Source: a virus (Duplodnaviria; Caudoviricetes). From it: a stretch of DNA of 55,245 nt. Below are positions 9,235 through 17,291 of this stretch, one piece after another. The notes below the pieces were generated by a model. That model ran no database searches. It saw only the letters and a list, made by a program, of their open reading frames with translations, and was not told the DNA's origin. Location: IMG/VR virus record IMGVR_UViG_3300017653_000203, positions 1 through 55,245 of that record; one strand, 5' to 3'. The translations under genes and the position numbers were made by a program. Numbering within the stretch: position 1 is the stretch's first letter; the number at the start of each line of letters is the position of its first letter.

Positions 9235-9245
9235 GTATCTGCGGC

Positions 9246-10247
9246 ATGATTACTATTCGTGGACCAAACGTAACCACAACGGAACTCTCCGTCGACGTTC
9301 GCGCCGAACTCGAAGCCTTCGAATGGACGCGCGCTACGTGGACGTCGGACAAGTTAATCGCAGCTAGCCCGTTCCGCTACGAAAGCCGCCCGTCATTTGC
9401 GGTAATCTTCGAGCACGGCGGCTGGCGTGATTACGGCGCTACCGATTCGAAATGGGCGAGCGGATCGTTCGTACGATTGCTATCTTTCCTCCGACGGGAA
9501 ACTGCCGAAGAAACAGCGGAATATTTGGCGGCGAGGTATAACGGCTTCGCTACGCCCGGCGACGAAATAACGCTCAACGTACCGAAGCTAACGCTACCAG
9601 CCCGCCGAATAACGCGAATTGACGACGGCATTCTCGACGGATACCGATATCGCTCGCCGTACTTAGCCGGCCGCGGCATTAGCGAGGGCGTCCAGCGGTT
9701 AATGCGGATTGGTTACGATAAGCAGCGGCGGGCAATTACGATTCCGTGGTTTAATCCGGACGGCTCGCTCGGCAACGTAAAGTACCGGCGCACCGATTCG
9801 AAAACGTTTTGGTATGCACCCGGCGGCCGTCCGATTCGCGAAATGCTTTACGGTATTAACATCGCTTATGAGCGACGGATTAAACGGGCGGCGATCGTCG
9901 AGGCGGAAATCGATGCATTGACATTAATGTCGGCAGGCATATTCGCTATCGCGACCGGCGGAACGGCATTTACGGCGGCAAAAGCGGATTTGTTGCTCCG
10001 GTCACCGATCGAGGAATTGATAATTTTCCGCGATAACGACTCGGCCGGACGAGCCTGGCGTAACGCTATTGTATCGGCGGTCGGCGATAGGATGGACGTA
10101 AGGCTGGCTCTAGTGGATCGGCGGTACAAGGACATTAACGAGTGGCGTGTTGCGGAAGGCCTGCGGCGGGCGGCGGAACGAGCGCGGCGTTGTCGAAGAA
10201 TGACGTTTAATATACGTTGCTGTCGAGGGCTGGCGGTTGTACAATAA
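9246..10247 (+). CDS. DNA primase (TOPRIM domain)
   Basis: YLAGRGIS, IPWF...NVKYR, IVEAEIDALT, FRDNDSAG. Confidence 0.9.
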   Translation: MITIRGPNVTTTELSVDVRAELEAFEWTRATWTSDKLIAASPFRYESRPSFAVIFEHGGWRDYGATDSKWASGSFVRLLSFLRRETAEETAEYLAARYNGFATPGDEITLNVPKLTLPARRITRIDDGILDGYRYRSPYLAGRGISEGVQRLMRIGYDKQRRAITIPWFNPDGSLGNVKYRRTDSKTFWYAPGGRPIREMLYGINIAYERRIKRAAIVEAEIDALTLMSAGIFAIATGGTAFTAAKADLLLRSPIEELIIFRDNDSAGRAWRNAIVSAVGDRMDVRLALVDRRYKDINEWRVAEGLRRAAERARRCRRMTFNIRCCRGLAVVQ

Positions 10248-10282
10248 TTCTACGAAACGTAGAACATCGGACGGCCGAGCGC

Positions 10283-10498
10283 TCATTCCGTTGACCACTC
10301 GTATAATTCACGGGGAGAAACGCCCAACGTATCCGCAAGAGCGACGGCGGTTTCTAACGTCATCCTGCGGCGGCGTCCGGTCGCATAGAACGAGATAATT
10401 CGTTCGTCTACGCCCGATAATTCCGCGAGTTGACGCTGCGTCCAGCCGCGAGATTCGAGTAAGTCCGGAATAAGGCAGCGGCCGACCGTAATCGGCAT
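10283..10498 (-). CDS. XRE family HTH regulator
   Basis: RGWTQRQLAELSGV...ISFYATG...LETAVALADTLGVSPRELYEW; GGAGG RBS. Confidence 0.9.
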   Translation of the reverse strand: MPITVGRCLIPDLLESRGWTQRQLAELSGVDERIISFYATGRRRRMTLETAVALADTLGVSPRELYEWSTE

Positions 10499-10539
10499 CG
10501 CGGAGCCCTCCGAAAAAGTTTATAATAAATTGCAAAAGC

Positions 10540-10574
10540 ATGTCCCAAATTCCGAAAAGTATGTACTTACTATA
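10540..10574 (+). promoter_or_regulatory. Putative phage-sigma promoter, copy 1
   Basis: ATGTCCCAA...TGTACTTACTATA, repeated with identical spacing at 25919-25953. Confidence 0.55.
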
Positions 10575-10591
10575 TTGAGAGGTGATTGCTA

Positions 10592-11173
10592 TTGAACAAT
10601 GAACAACTGAATAAGCTTGCAGTGAGTGCCCGGAACGGGTGCGAGGAGTCATACCACGAAATCCTCAAACACTTCCTTCCTCGAATCTACTCCATGTCAG
10701 ACTACATATGGCACTCTGTTTCCAACGAAACTCACTTCGAGCAAAGCTGTCTAGTAGGTATTAGAGACGCTATCGAAAGATTCGACCCTACTCGCGGTAC
10801 GTTTTCAGCTCAAGTCAATTGGAGGTTTCGCCAGGCAATGCGAAGGTCCGCCGATAGACTGAGAAAACGTCGACGAGGTTACGATGTAGAGTCACTTGAC
10901 GAGTACCGAAAAGATGAAGATGAAAAAGGCAGTAAGTACGAAATTGTCGACGATTTGGCGATCGTGGACGATAGAGTTATCGTATTTGAAAAAGTCGCCC
11001 TCTTGGCGGAGGACGACCCACGGAAATTGGCGATCCTTAACGCATGGACTAACGGTTATTTTAACGATTCAGAAACCGCGTCGTTTTTGGCGAAACGATA
11101 CGGAGGCAATTCCGAATCACACCGGAAGTTCATACTACGCTTTCGGACCACTTGTCGCAAGGCATTGGCATAG
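10592..11173 (+). CDS. Phage-encoded sigma70-family factor
   Basis: Region 2 signature ARNGCEESYHEIL...GIRDAIERFDPTRGTFSA; GAGGTG RBS favours TTG 10592. Confidence 0.8.
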   Translation: MNNEQLNKLAVSARNGCEESYHEILKHFLPRIYSMSDYIWHSVSNETHFEQSCLVGIRDAIERFDPTRGTFSAQVNWRFRQAMRRSADRLRKRRRGYDVESLDEYRKDEDEKGSKYEIVDDLAIVDDRVIVFEKVALLAEDDPRKLAILNAWTNGYFNDSETASFLAKRYGGNSESHRKFILRFRTTCRKALA

Positions 11174-11328
11174 CCCTTTGACACTACCATTATAACATAC
11201 GTCAGCAGTTACGATAAAATAGTAATTTCTGCGGCCGCTCGGCGTTTAGGCATTACGTCGAGAAATCCGGAGAAAAACCACGCTACCCGTCTGCACGTTG
11301 ATGTTCTTGGTTATCATTTACAGTTTAT

Positions 11329-11357
11329 ACTATAACGTAATTTTTTATACGTGTCAA
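11329..11357 (-). promoter_or_regulatory. Leftward SigA promoter, antisense to the sigma gene
   Basis: On - strand: TTGACA-17 nt-TATAGT. Confidence 0.65.
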
Positions 11358-11383
11358 TAAAATTATTAACGGAGGTTTGACGA

Positions 11384-11554
11384 ATGTTTAACGAAAACTC
11401 TCGTAATTCTATACGCAATTCTCACGCTAACGTTTCAAATATTTCGCAGCTTTTACGGATTTCTTCGCAATATGACGGAGCGCTCTCGCCCGACGCCGAT
11501 CCGGCCGACGTTCTGCCGAGGAACCTCTGCGTAAAGGGGGCGCGGCTCGGATGA
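11384..11554 (+). CDS. Hypothetical protein, 56 aa (not in ORF track)
   Basis: GGAGG RBS, ATG 11384, ATGA overlap with next gene. Confidence 0.55.
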   Translation: MFNENSRNSIRNSHANVSNISQLLRISSQYDGALSPDADPADVLPRNLCVKGARLG

Positions 11555-12120
11555 CAGCAGCGGTAGTTTCCGAACAATCACGTAATTTTGTCGGCAAAGT
11601 GTACGTATCGCAGCACGCTATCGACCGCGCCGTCGAGCGGTTCAGCATAGCGCCGGATAAAGCGGAGCAATGGATTCGCGATAACGTTAAAAAGGCGCGG
11701 TACGTCGCTGTTACCGTGTCGGCGGAGGACGGCGGCCGTGAATCGCGGCTGTTCGTTTGGCAACGGGTGGCGTATCTACTCGCTATGGATATGGACCGCG
11801 TCATTACGATATATGCGCAGCATCACGCGCCTTCCTCGCTAAGTCAACGCGTCCAATCGCTGTTAAACCGCGAGTTGATGCGGGCCGAGCGGAAGGAGGC
11901 GGCCGCTATCCGGAAGGCGGAAATCGAGCGCGCTGAACTATCCATCGAGCAAGCACGCTGCAATTATCGTATGACCGTCACACCGTCGGCTGCCGTAATC
12001 AAGGTGAACACGAAGCGTCTCCGCGAAATTGAACGGCGGCTAGCGGAGATTGATACGGAGGTGCTCGCGGTAAAGAAGGAGAAATCGGCGATAGCGCGCG
12101 GATTGATAGCGTATCTATAA
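11551..12120 (+). CDS. Hypothetical protein (HAxxRxxER N-terminal domain plus coiled coil)
   Basis: VSQHAIDRAVERF...RVITIY, then a long helical region. Confidence 0.7.
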   Translation: MTAAVVSEQSRNFVGKVYVSQHAIDRAVERFSIAPDKAEQWIRDNVKKARYVAVTVSAEDGGRESRLFVWQRVAYLLAMDMDRVITIYAQHHAPSSLSQRVQSLLNRELMRAERKEAAAIRKAEIERAELSIEQARCNYRMTVTPSAAVIKVNTKRLREIERRLAEIDTEVLAVKKEKSAIARGLIAYL

Positions 12121-12121
12121 C

Positions 12122-12420
12122 GAAAGTCTGACGAAGGGATAACGATATTCCTCCGTCGGCTAGGCGGTATTAACTGGCTCGTAACGGTTAGTACCGTCTC
12201 GCGGACGGAGGATCGTAGGAGTCGCGTAACGAGGGACGGACATTGATTCGTTCCGCGCGTAAAACCGGAGTTTTCACGAGGTTGTCCCGCGTATACGTAC
12301 AAAGGACGTAATTGCGTAATAGTACGACGATTAGACGCATCCACCCGAGTCCGGGCCGAAGCGTAAGTCGGTAAACTACGGGTCGACACGTAGTAGAACC
12401 GCAATCCTACGATTCTGCGT
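12122..12420 (+). ncRNA. Candidate multi-stem structured RNA upstream of the SSB-like gene
   Basis: 15-bp stem with 3 G-U pairs (12162-76/12185-99); long-range stem 12210-20/12405-15 enclosing several hairpins. Confidence 0.55.
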
Positions 12421-12455
12421 TCGAAAAATTAATTTCCGAAGGGAAGCGTGATTGA

Positions 12456-13253
12456 ATGTCCATGTTTACGAAGGTAGGCGCGGCGGCAGCGGCAGTTAGT
12501 GGTAATGACGGAGGCGGCAACGATAGTCCGATTGTTTCGTTCAAGTCCGGCAGTCTTTACAAAGTCGGCGTTAAATCGATTAACGACGTTGCCGAGTATT
12601 ACGGTTACGGAATCTACAAGCGCGTAAACACCTTTGTGCCTAAGAATCCGTCAGTGCGTAATAGCCGCGGCTTCATCGAATCGAACCCGTCAATTTGGGA
12701 CAAAGCGGCCGACCTACTGTACGCCGACGCAAAAGCAGCGGAAGAGTCCGGCGCATCCGAGTCCGACGTTAAGGATATCCGTGACGAGGCGTATTTGTTC
12801 CGTGGCAAGAAGCGTTACTTACGCGCCTTCTACGATTTAACGACCGGTAAAGATATCGTCGTCGACCTAAGCCCTACACAAGAAGCAACGTTAAAAGCCG
12901 CCATTGAAGAAAACGCGGACGATCTCGATGTTATTGCGTTTAAACTCGCGAAAAAAGGCGCAGGAACGGCCGCCGTCGTATCGCTATCTGCCATCGTCAA
13001 GCCGGAACGCGACCTAACGGACGAAGAACGTGTTAACTTCGCAAAAATCGGCGAGACTCCGTTCGACCTTAACTCGTTCGAAACGTGCTTGTACGTTGCA
13101 GACGAGGCGGAGCAAACGAAGAACCTCGTTATTGCCGGATTCGATATCGCGAGGCTCGGTCTAAGTATTGGCGCAATCGTAACGAAGTCTGACGAAGCGG
13201 CTGACGCTAAACCGATTTCGGACGCCGATGCCCCGCCGGAAGTTAATTTTTAA
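12456..13253 (+). CDS. Putative single-stranded DNA-binding protein
   Basis: Position in the replication module; acidic flexible tail ending in Phe (DAPPEVNF). Confidence 0.6.
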   Translation: MSMFTKVGAAAAAVSGNDGGGNDSPIVSFKSGSLYKVGVKSINDVAEYYGYGIYKRVNTFVPKNPSVRNSRGFIESNPSIWDKAADLLYADAKAAEESGASESDVKDIRDEAYLFRGKKRYLRAFYDLTTGKDIVVDLSPTQEATLKAAIEENADDLDVIAFKLAKKGAGTAAVVSLSAIVKPERDLTDEERVNFAKIGETPFDLNSFETCLYVADEAEQTKNLVIAGFDIARLGLSIGAIVTKSDEAADAKPISDADAPPEVNF

Positions 13254-13270
13254 CGGAAGGGTGACGCAGC

Positions 13271-13471
13271 ATGAACGAAGCAGCGGCACTATTAGAACGG
13301 CCGGCGACGGCAAAATACGGAGGATTCGGCGGTAATCATCCGCCATTCTCCGTAGCACCAGCCGCACCGGGACCGGACGATTACGAGAGAGGACGTGTTT
13401 TCTACGGCACATATAACGGAAGTGACCGGCAAGTATTCGGAATTAATCGCAAGAGCGTCGCTGCTCGCTAA
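13271..13471 (+). CDS. Hypothetical protein
   Basis: AAGGGTG RBS; overlaps the next ORF by about 75 nt. Confidence 0.4.
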   Translation: MNEAAALLERPATAKYGGFGGNHPPFSVAPAAPGPDDYERGRVFYGTYNGSDRQVFGINRKSVAAR

Positions 13472-13862
13472 CGGCTGGCGTGTTCATACGTCAGATACCG
13501 AAGAGGCGTACGATATTCTCGCGACCGATCCCGTAAGCAGCGAACACGTACGTATCCAGGTCAAAACGATTAGGCAACGTATTGACCGGATTAAACGGGA
13601 CGGCACCGTCGATCTCGTCGTGTACGCGAAGAAAGGCAACGGTGAGCCGTACGATCAATCCGACGCTGATGCGATTATTGGCGTCCTGGCGGTCGATGGC
13701 GAAGTGCCCCGCGTGTATATGTTCGAAAACCGCGGTATCGGCGAATACTGGGCCAGCGAACAGCGTGCGGCCGAGCGGTGGATCGAGTTACCTATCGCGT
13801 TGAACCGGGCAGATTTCGTCACGGAAACGGAGGCGGCCGCCGATGATCGAGCAGCCGCTTGA
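13395..13862 (+). CDS. PD-(D/E)XK endonuclease
   Basis: GKYSELIA...YDILA...IQVKT...Y...DAIIGV; start codon uncertain. Confidence 0.75.
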   Translation: MFSTAHITEVTGKYSELIARASLLANGWRVHTSDTEEAYDILATDPVSSEHVRIQVKTIRQRIDRIKRDGTVDLVVYAKKGNGEPYDQSDADAIIGVLAVDGEVPRVYMFENRGIGEYWASEQRAAERWIELPIALNRADFVTETEAAADDRAAA

Positions 13863-14058
13863 GCCGCCGGAGCCGGCCGCTGTTGCGGAATGTGCCTGGT
13901 GCCGCGGCGAGATATACGAAGGCGACGAAGTTAAGCGGATTGACGATGGTGGAGGCTTCGTTCACGACGGTTGGAAGCGAAGCTGCGCGGCTGAATACGC
14001 CATGGAACGGGTGTACGACGCGGAAGGCGTTATCGGACGAGATTTAACGATAAATTAA
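13843..14058 (+). CDS. Small zinc-binding hypothetical protein
   Basis: CAWCRGEIYEGD...H...C; GGAGG RBS. Confidence 0.65.
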   Translation: MIEQPLEPPEPAAVAECAWCRGEIYEGDEVKRIDDGGGFVHDGWKRSCAAEYAMERVYDAEGVIGRDLTIN

Positions 14059-14075
14059 CGAGGAGCGATGTGTAA

Positions 14076-15251
14076 ATGGCGAAATTGGACGTTGTAATTC
14101 CGAGTGCGGACATAGAGGTACGGCAGGCTGACGGTAGTACCGTGAAATACCGGAAGGTTGGTCGTCCCGCGCGCGTAGGTGACGTTGTGAGATCCCTAGA
14201 AACGGACGATGGAATTACGAAGGATGCGTTCTACGAAGTTACTGGCAGCGGTGGTGGATACGTAGAGTTCTACGATAATGACGGCGACGAACGTTATCGT
14301 GACGTAGAAGATTACGAAGTATACGAAAAAGTCGCCGACTCATCTGATATCGTTACGCACGAAGGCCGTCAATACCGTAAGGTGAAGCGGAAGGCGAACG
14401 TTGGCGAACTCGTTTATAGCGAAACTGGCGGAAAGGTGTACACGGTATCGGCGGATGTCGAGTTAGATGACGACAAGCTCTCTGTCGGATACGTTAACGG
14501 GGCAATGCACCGTTTATCCGTTCTCGAACCGTTAACTAGCGATAAGCCGATCGAGCATCCGAAGCCTGACCGTTTGAAAGTCGGCGAATATGCGAAGGCC
14601 GCAGGTCCGCAGAGAAACGCTTTGTACCGCAAAGAAGGCGATTATGTGAAAATCGTCGAGGATGACAGAAGCAGCCGTCCGTTTAGAACGGAGCATCTCG
14701 ACGGAAGTATCGCAGGCTGGGCGTACGAGTCCGATTTAGTCCGCGCTACGGCCGACGAAGTTGCCGCTGCGCTCCGTAAAGTTGACGCGCCAAAACCGAA
14801 GTTGGCCCGCATCCCCGTCGGCAGCTACGTTAAAATTCTGACGGATTCCGAAACATTACCGGAGGGCGCTATCGCTAAAGTAACGCGCGACGATGGAGAA
14901 TACGATATTTGGCCGTACAAATGTGAACTACTTGACGGAAGCAACTACGATTGGTATAAGCCGGAACAAATCGAAGCGGTAACGGAAGAGGTCGTGAAAT
15001 GGGCGGCAATCGGACGTAATGTTAACGAGTATAAGACGGGAGACGTCGTTGAAGTAACGAGATCGACCGGTTATGTGCTGGTAGGCTCTATCGGCGTAAT
15101 CGGTAAATACGACAGTAACGATAGTTTCCGCGTGAACACTTTCGAACGTACTGGCTGTAACTGGCACGGATCGAAAGACGTTAAACTCGTCGTTCCAGTC
15201 GAGCAACGTTTCGACACACGTAGCGAAGCCGACTTTCCGTACGCGTCATGA
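14076..15251 (+). CDS. Multi-module protein with repeated SH3/KOW-like units
   Basis: Repeats YRKVGRPARVGD, YRKVKRKANVGE, LKVGEYAK, IPVGSYVKI, YKTGDVVEV. Confidence 0.75.
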   Translation: MAKLDVVIPSADIEVRQADGSTVKYRKVGRPARVGDVVRSLETDDGITKDAFYEVTGSGGGYVEFYDNDGDERYRDVEDYEVYEKVADSSDIVTHEGRQYRKVKRKANVGELVYSETGGKVYTVSADVELDDDKLSVGYVNGAMHRLSVLEPLTSDKPIEHPKPDRLKVGEYAKAAGPQRNALYRKEGDYVKIVEDDRSSRPFRTEHLDGSIAGWAYESDLVRATADEVAAALRKVDAPKPKLARIPVGSYVKILTDSETLPEGAIAKVTRDDGEYDIWPYKCELLDGSNYDWYKPEQIEAVTEEVVKWAAIGRNVNEYKTGDVVEVTRSTGYVLVGSIGVIGKYDSNDSFRVNTFERTGCNWHGSKDVKLVVPVEQRFDTRSEADFPYAS

Positions 15252-17068
15252 ACATTACGCTCTCGTTAAACAAACGCAACGAGTCAACAGCGGCAACCGC
15301 AACAGCAGTAAAGAACGCAGTTAAACGGAAGCAGGCGGCGGTTCCCGAAACGGCGGCCGAGGCGTTCGAGCGAATCGGTAAGATGGCGTTATCCGATAAG
15401 GAACGAACCGCATACGAAGCAGCCCGCCGCGCGCACAAAGACGGACGAATAGGCAACGTCCGATCCGACGGCGCAAAGTGGACGAAAAGCGACGTTGTTA
15501 CCGCGGGCTATCGCTTACTAGCGGATAAGGCGGAAGCAGAACGGGCAGGGCGGATGCGTTCCGTCCTCGCCTCGAAGCCGCCGAACTACCGTATTCTAAC
15601 GGATGATTCCGAGCTGCCTGCGTTTGTTGACCGGTTGCGGCTCGAATGTAAACGACAGATGACGGAGTGGCGCGACCGGTTCAAGGCGCTAGCCGTCGAT
15701 ACGATGACGGCGGGCGACTTCGAGGGTACCGGAGTTGATACGTATATCGATTTATCGATCGGATTTTCGATATGGCTTCCGCTACTTAACGAAGGCTATT
15801 ATCTGCCGTACGGACACGTTGATATGTATAACGGCGGCAGCCCGGCGGAAAGCTTCGAGTTTCTAACGGAAGAGTCGGCGTTTAAGGCGTCCAACCCGCA
15901 GCTCACGCGCTCGAAGGTAATCGAAGCGATTTCGCCATATCTCCGCCGTCCGAATCACGGCAAAACGTTTCATATGGGAAGCGCCCGTTACGATTTGCAC
16001 GTCGCGATAAAGGATGGGTACGAAATCGCCGGCTGCGTATGGGACACGCTCGACGCCATGCGGCATTTGAATGAACACGAACCGTCTTACGGTTTGAAAT
16101 CGCTCGTCGCGAAGTACGGCGCTCTTTTCGGCGTGCCTGGTCCGATATTCACGTTCGAGGACTTATTCGGTAACCGTTCGCCGGCGCCATTCAATACGGA
16201 GTTGGTCGGCATCTACGCCATAAACGACGTACTTTATGGATGGAAACTGTTCGAATGGCAATACACTGCAATGGCGGCAGCACCTTCCGCAAACGGAAAA
16301 GGCCGGTTACTAGAATGTTACGCGAAGATTGACTCGAAGCTTCCGGAAACCGACGTGTTCCTTGCGCGATGTGGCTTCGAAATTGACCGGGCGGGGCTGG
16401 CGCGACTCGAAGCGGAATTTACGCCAAAACTCGAAGAAGCGCGGGCGGCCGTTATTGAATCGTACGGCATTGACGCGGCGTTCGTACGTAGGATGGATCG
16501 TACGTTGAATAAGCGCAAGCTTGACGACTGGATAACGGCGCAGCAACGGAAGATTTCGGCGAAGGCCGACCGGATTGCGAAGCTTAAAGCGGATATGGCT
16601 GCGGACGAGGCGGCAGGCAAAACGCATCTTAAACGGTATACGCAAAACGCCGCGAAGCTTGCCGAATTGGAGACGGAGAATTTACTACCAGCCGACGAAA
16701 AGCACGCGCCGCTATTTACCGATTCGTTTTCGATTACGAACGGAAATCACCTCGCGTATCTGATTTATGACCATCTCGGAATCAGCGACCGGACAAGCCA
16801 ATTTAAGCGAGGCAAGACGCGGAGTACGGCGGCCGACGTACTCGACGCTTATTACGAAGAGGAAGAGGCGCTGAAACCGCTGGCGACCGTTGCGGCATAC
16901 GAAAAATTGCTGAATACGTACGTGACGAAGATTCCGGCGGCGGTCGAGGCGGACGGGCGGCTGCATTCGGAGTTTAAAGCGGGCGGTACGGCGACGGGGC
17001 GTTATTCGAGCGCAGGGTATAGCGGACGGCCGGTCGATATATTACGAGAATTTGAGACGGAGGGATGA
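15248..17068 (+). CDS. Family A DNA polymerase, N-terminal subunit (3'-5' exonuclease, thumb, start of palm)
   Basis: ExoI DFEGTG, ExoII RYDL, ExoIII YAINDV, KLLNTY, DGRLH...TATGRYSS. Confidence 0.92.
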   Translation: MNITLSLNKRNESTAATATAVKNAVKRKQAAVPETAAEAFERIGKMALSDKERTAYEAARRAHKDGRIGNVRSDGAKWTKSDVVTAGYRLLADKAEAERAGRMRSVLASKPPNYRILTDDSELPAFVDRLRLECKRQMTEWRDRFKALAVDTMTAGDFEGTGVDTYIDLSIGFSIWLPLLNEGYYLPYGHVDMYNGGSPAESFEFLTEESAFKASNPQLTRSKVIEAISPYLRRPNHGKTFHMGSARYDLHVAIKDGYEIAGCVWDTLDAMRHLNEHEPSYGLKSLVAKYGALFGVPGPIFTFEDLFGNRSPAPFNTELVGIYAINDVLYGWKLFEWQYTAMAAAPSANGKGRLLECYAKIDSKLPETDVFLARCGFEIDRAGLARLEAEFTPKLEEARAAVIESYGIDAAFVRRMDRTLNKRKLDDWITAQQRKISAKADRIAKLKADMAADEAAGKTHLKRYTQNAAKLAELETENLLPADEKHAPLFTDSFSITNGNHLAYLIYDHLGISDRTSQFKRGKTRSTAADVLDAYYEEEEALKPLATVAAYEKLLNTYVTKIPAAVEADGRLHSEFKAGGTATGRYSSAGYSGRPVDILREFETEG

Positions 17069-17072
17069 ACGG

Positions 17073-17291
17073 ATGAAGATCGAGAAAGGTAGCGCATTAG
17101 GTTACGAATACACCGCACATTTGACGGGAGACGAACTTCGTACATTATCGCTAATTCTTGGCGCGACAAGTCCGGACAAAGTAGATTCATTAGTAAAACG
17201 AGAGGGTTGGGAGCCGGAGTCATTCGTCGAGGATGGCGGTTGGGAGATGTACAACGAAATGGAAGATGCGTTAAATGCTGACGGTAACTGA
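17073..17291 (+). CDS. Small acidic protein inserted between the two polymerase halves
   Basis: GGAGG RBS, ATG 17073, 72 aa; overlaps the start of the C-terminal half. Confidence 0.65.
   Translation: MKIEKGSALGYEYTAHLTGDELRTLSLILGATSPDKVDSLVKREGWEPESFVEDGGWEMYNEMEDALNADGN

Noticed and set aside
12121-12160. Hammerhead ribozyme (CTGACGA core followed by a hairpin)
   Set aside because: No GAAA follows the putative stem II, and stems I and III cannot be built
13395-13406. Possible ACG start (13404) for the PD-(D/E)XK gene
   Set aside because: RBS spacing is ambiguous and GTG 13395 remains possible, so it was not counted among the non-canonical starts
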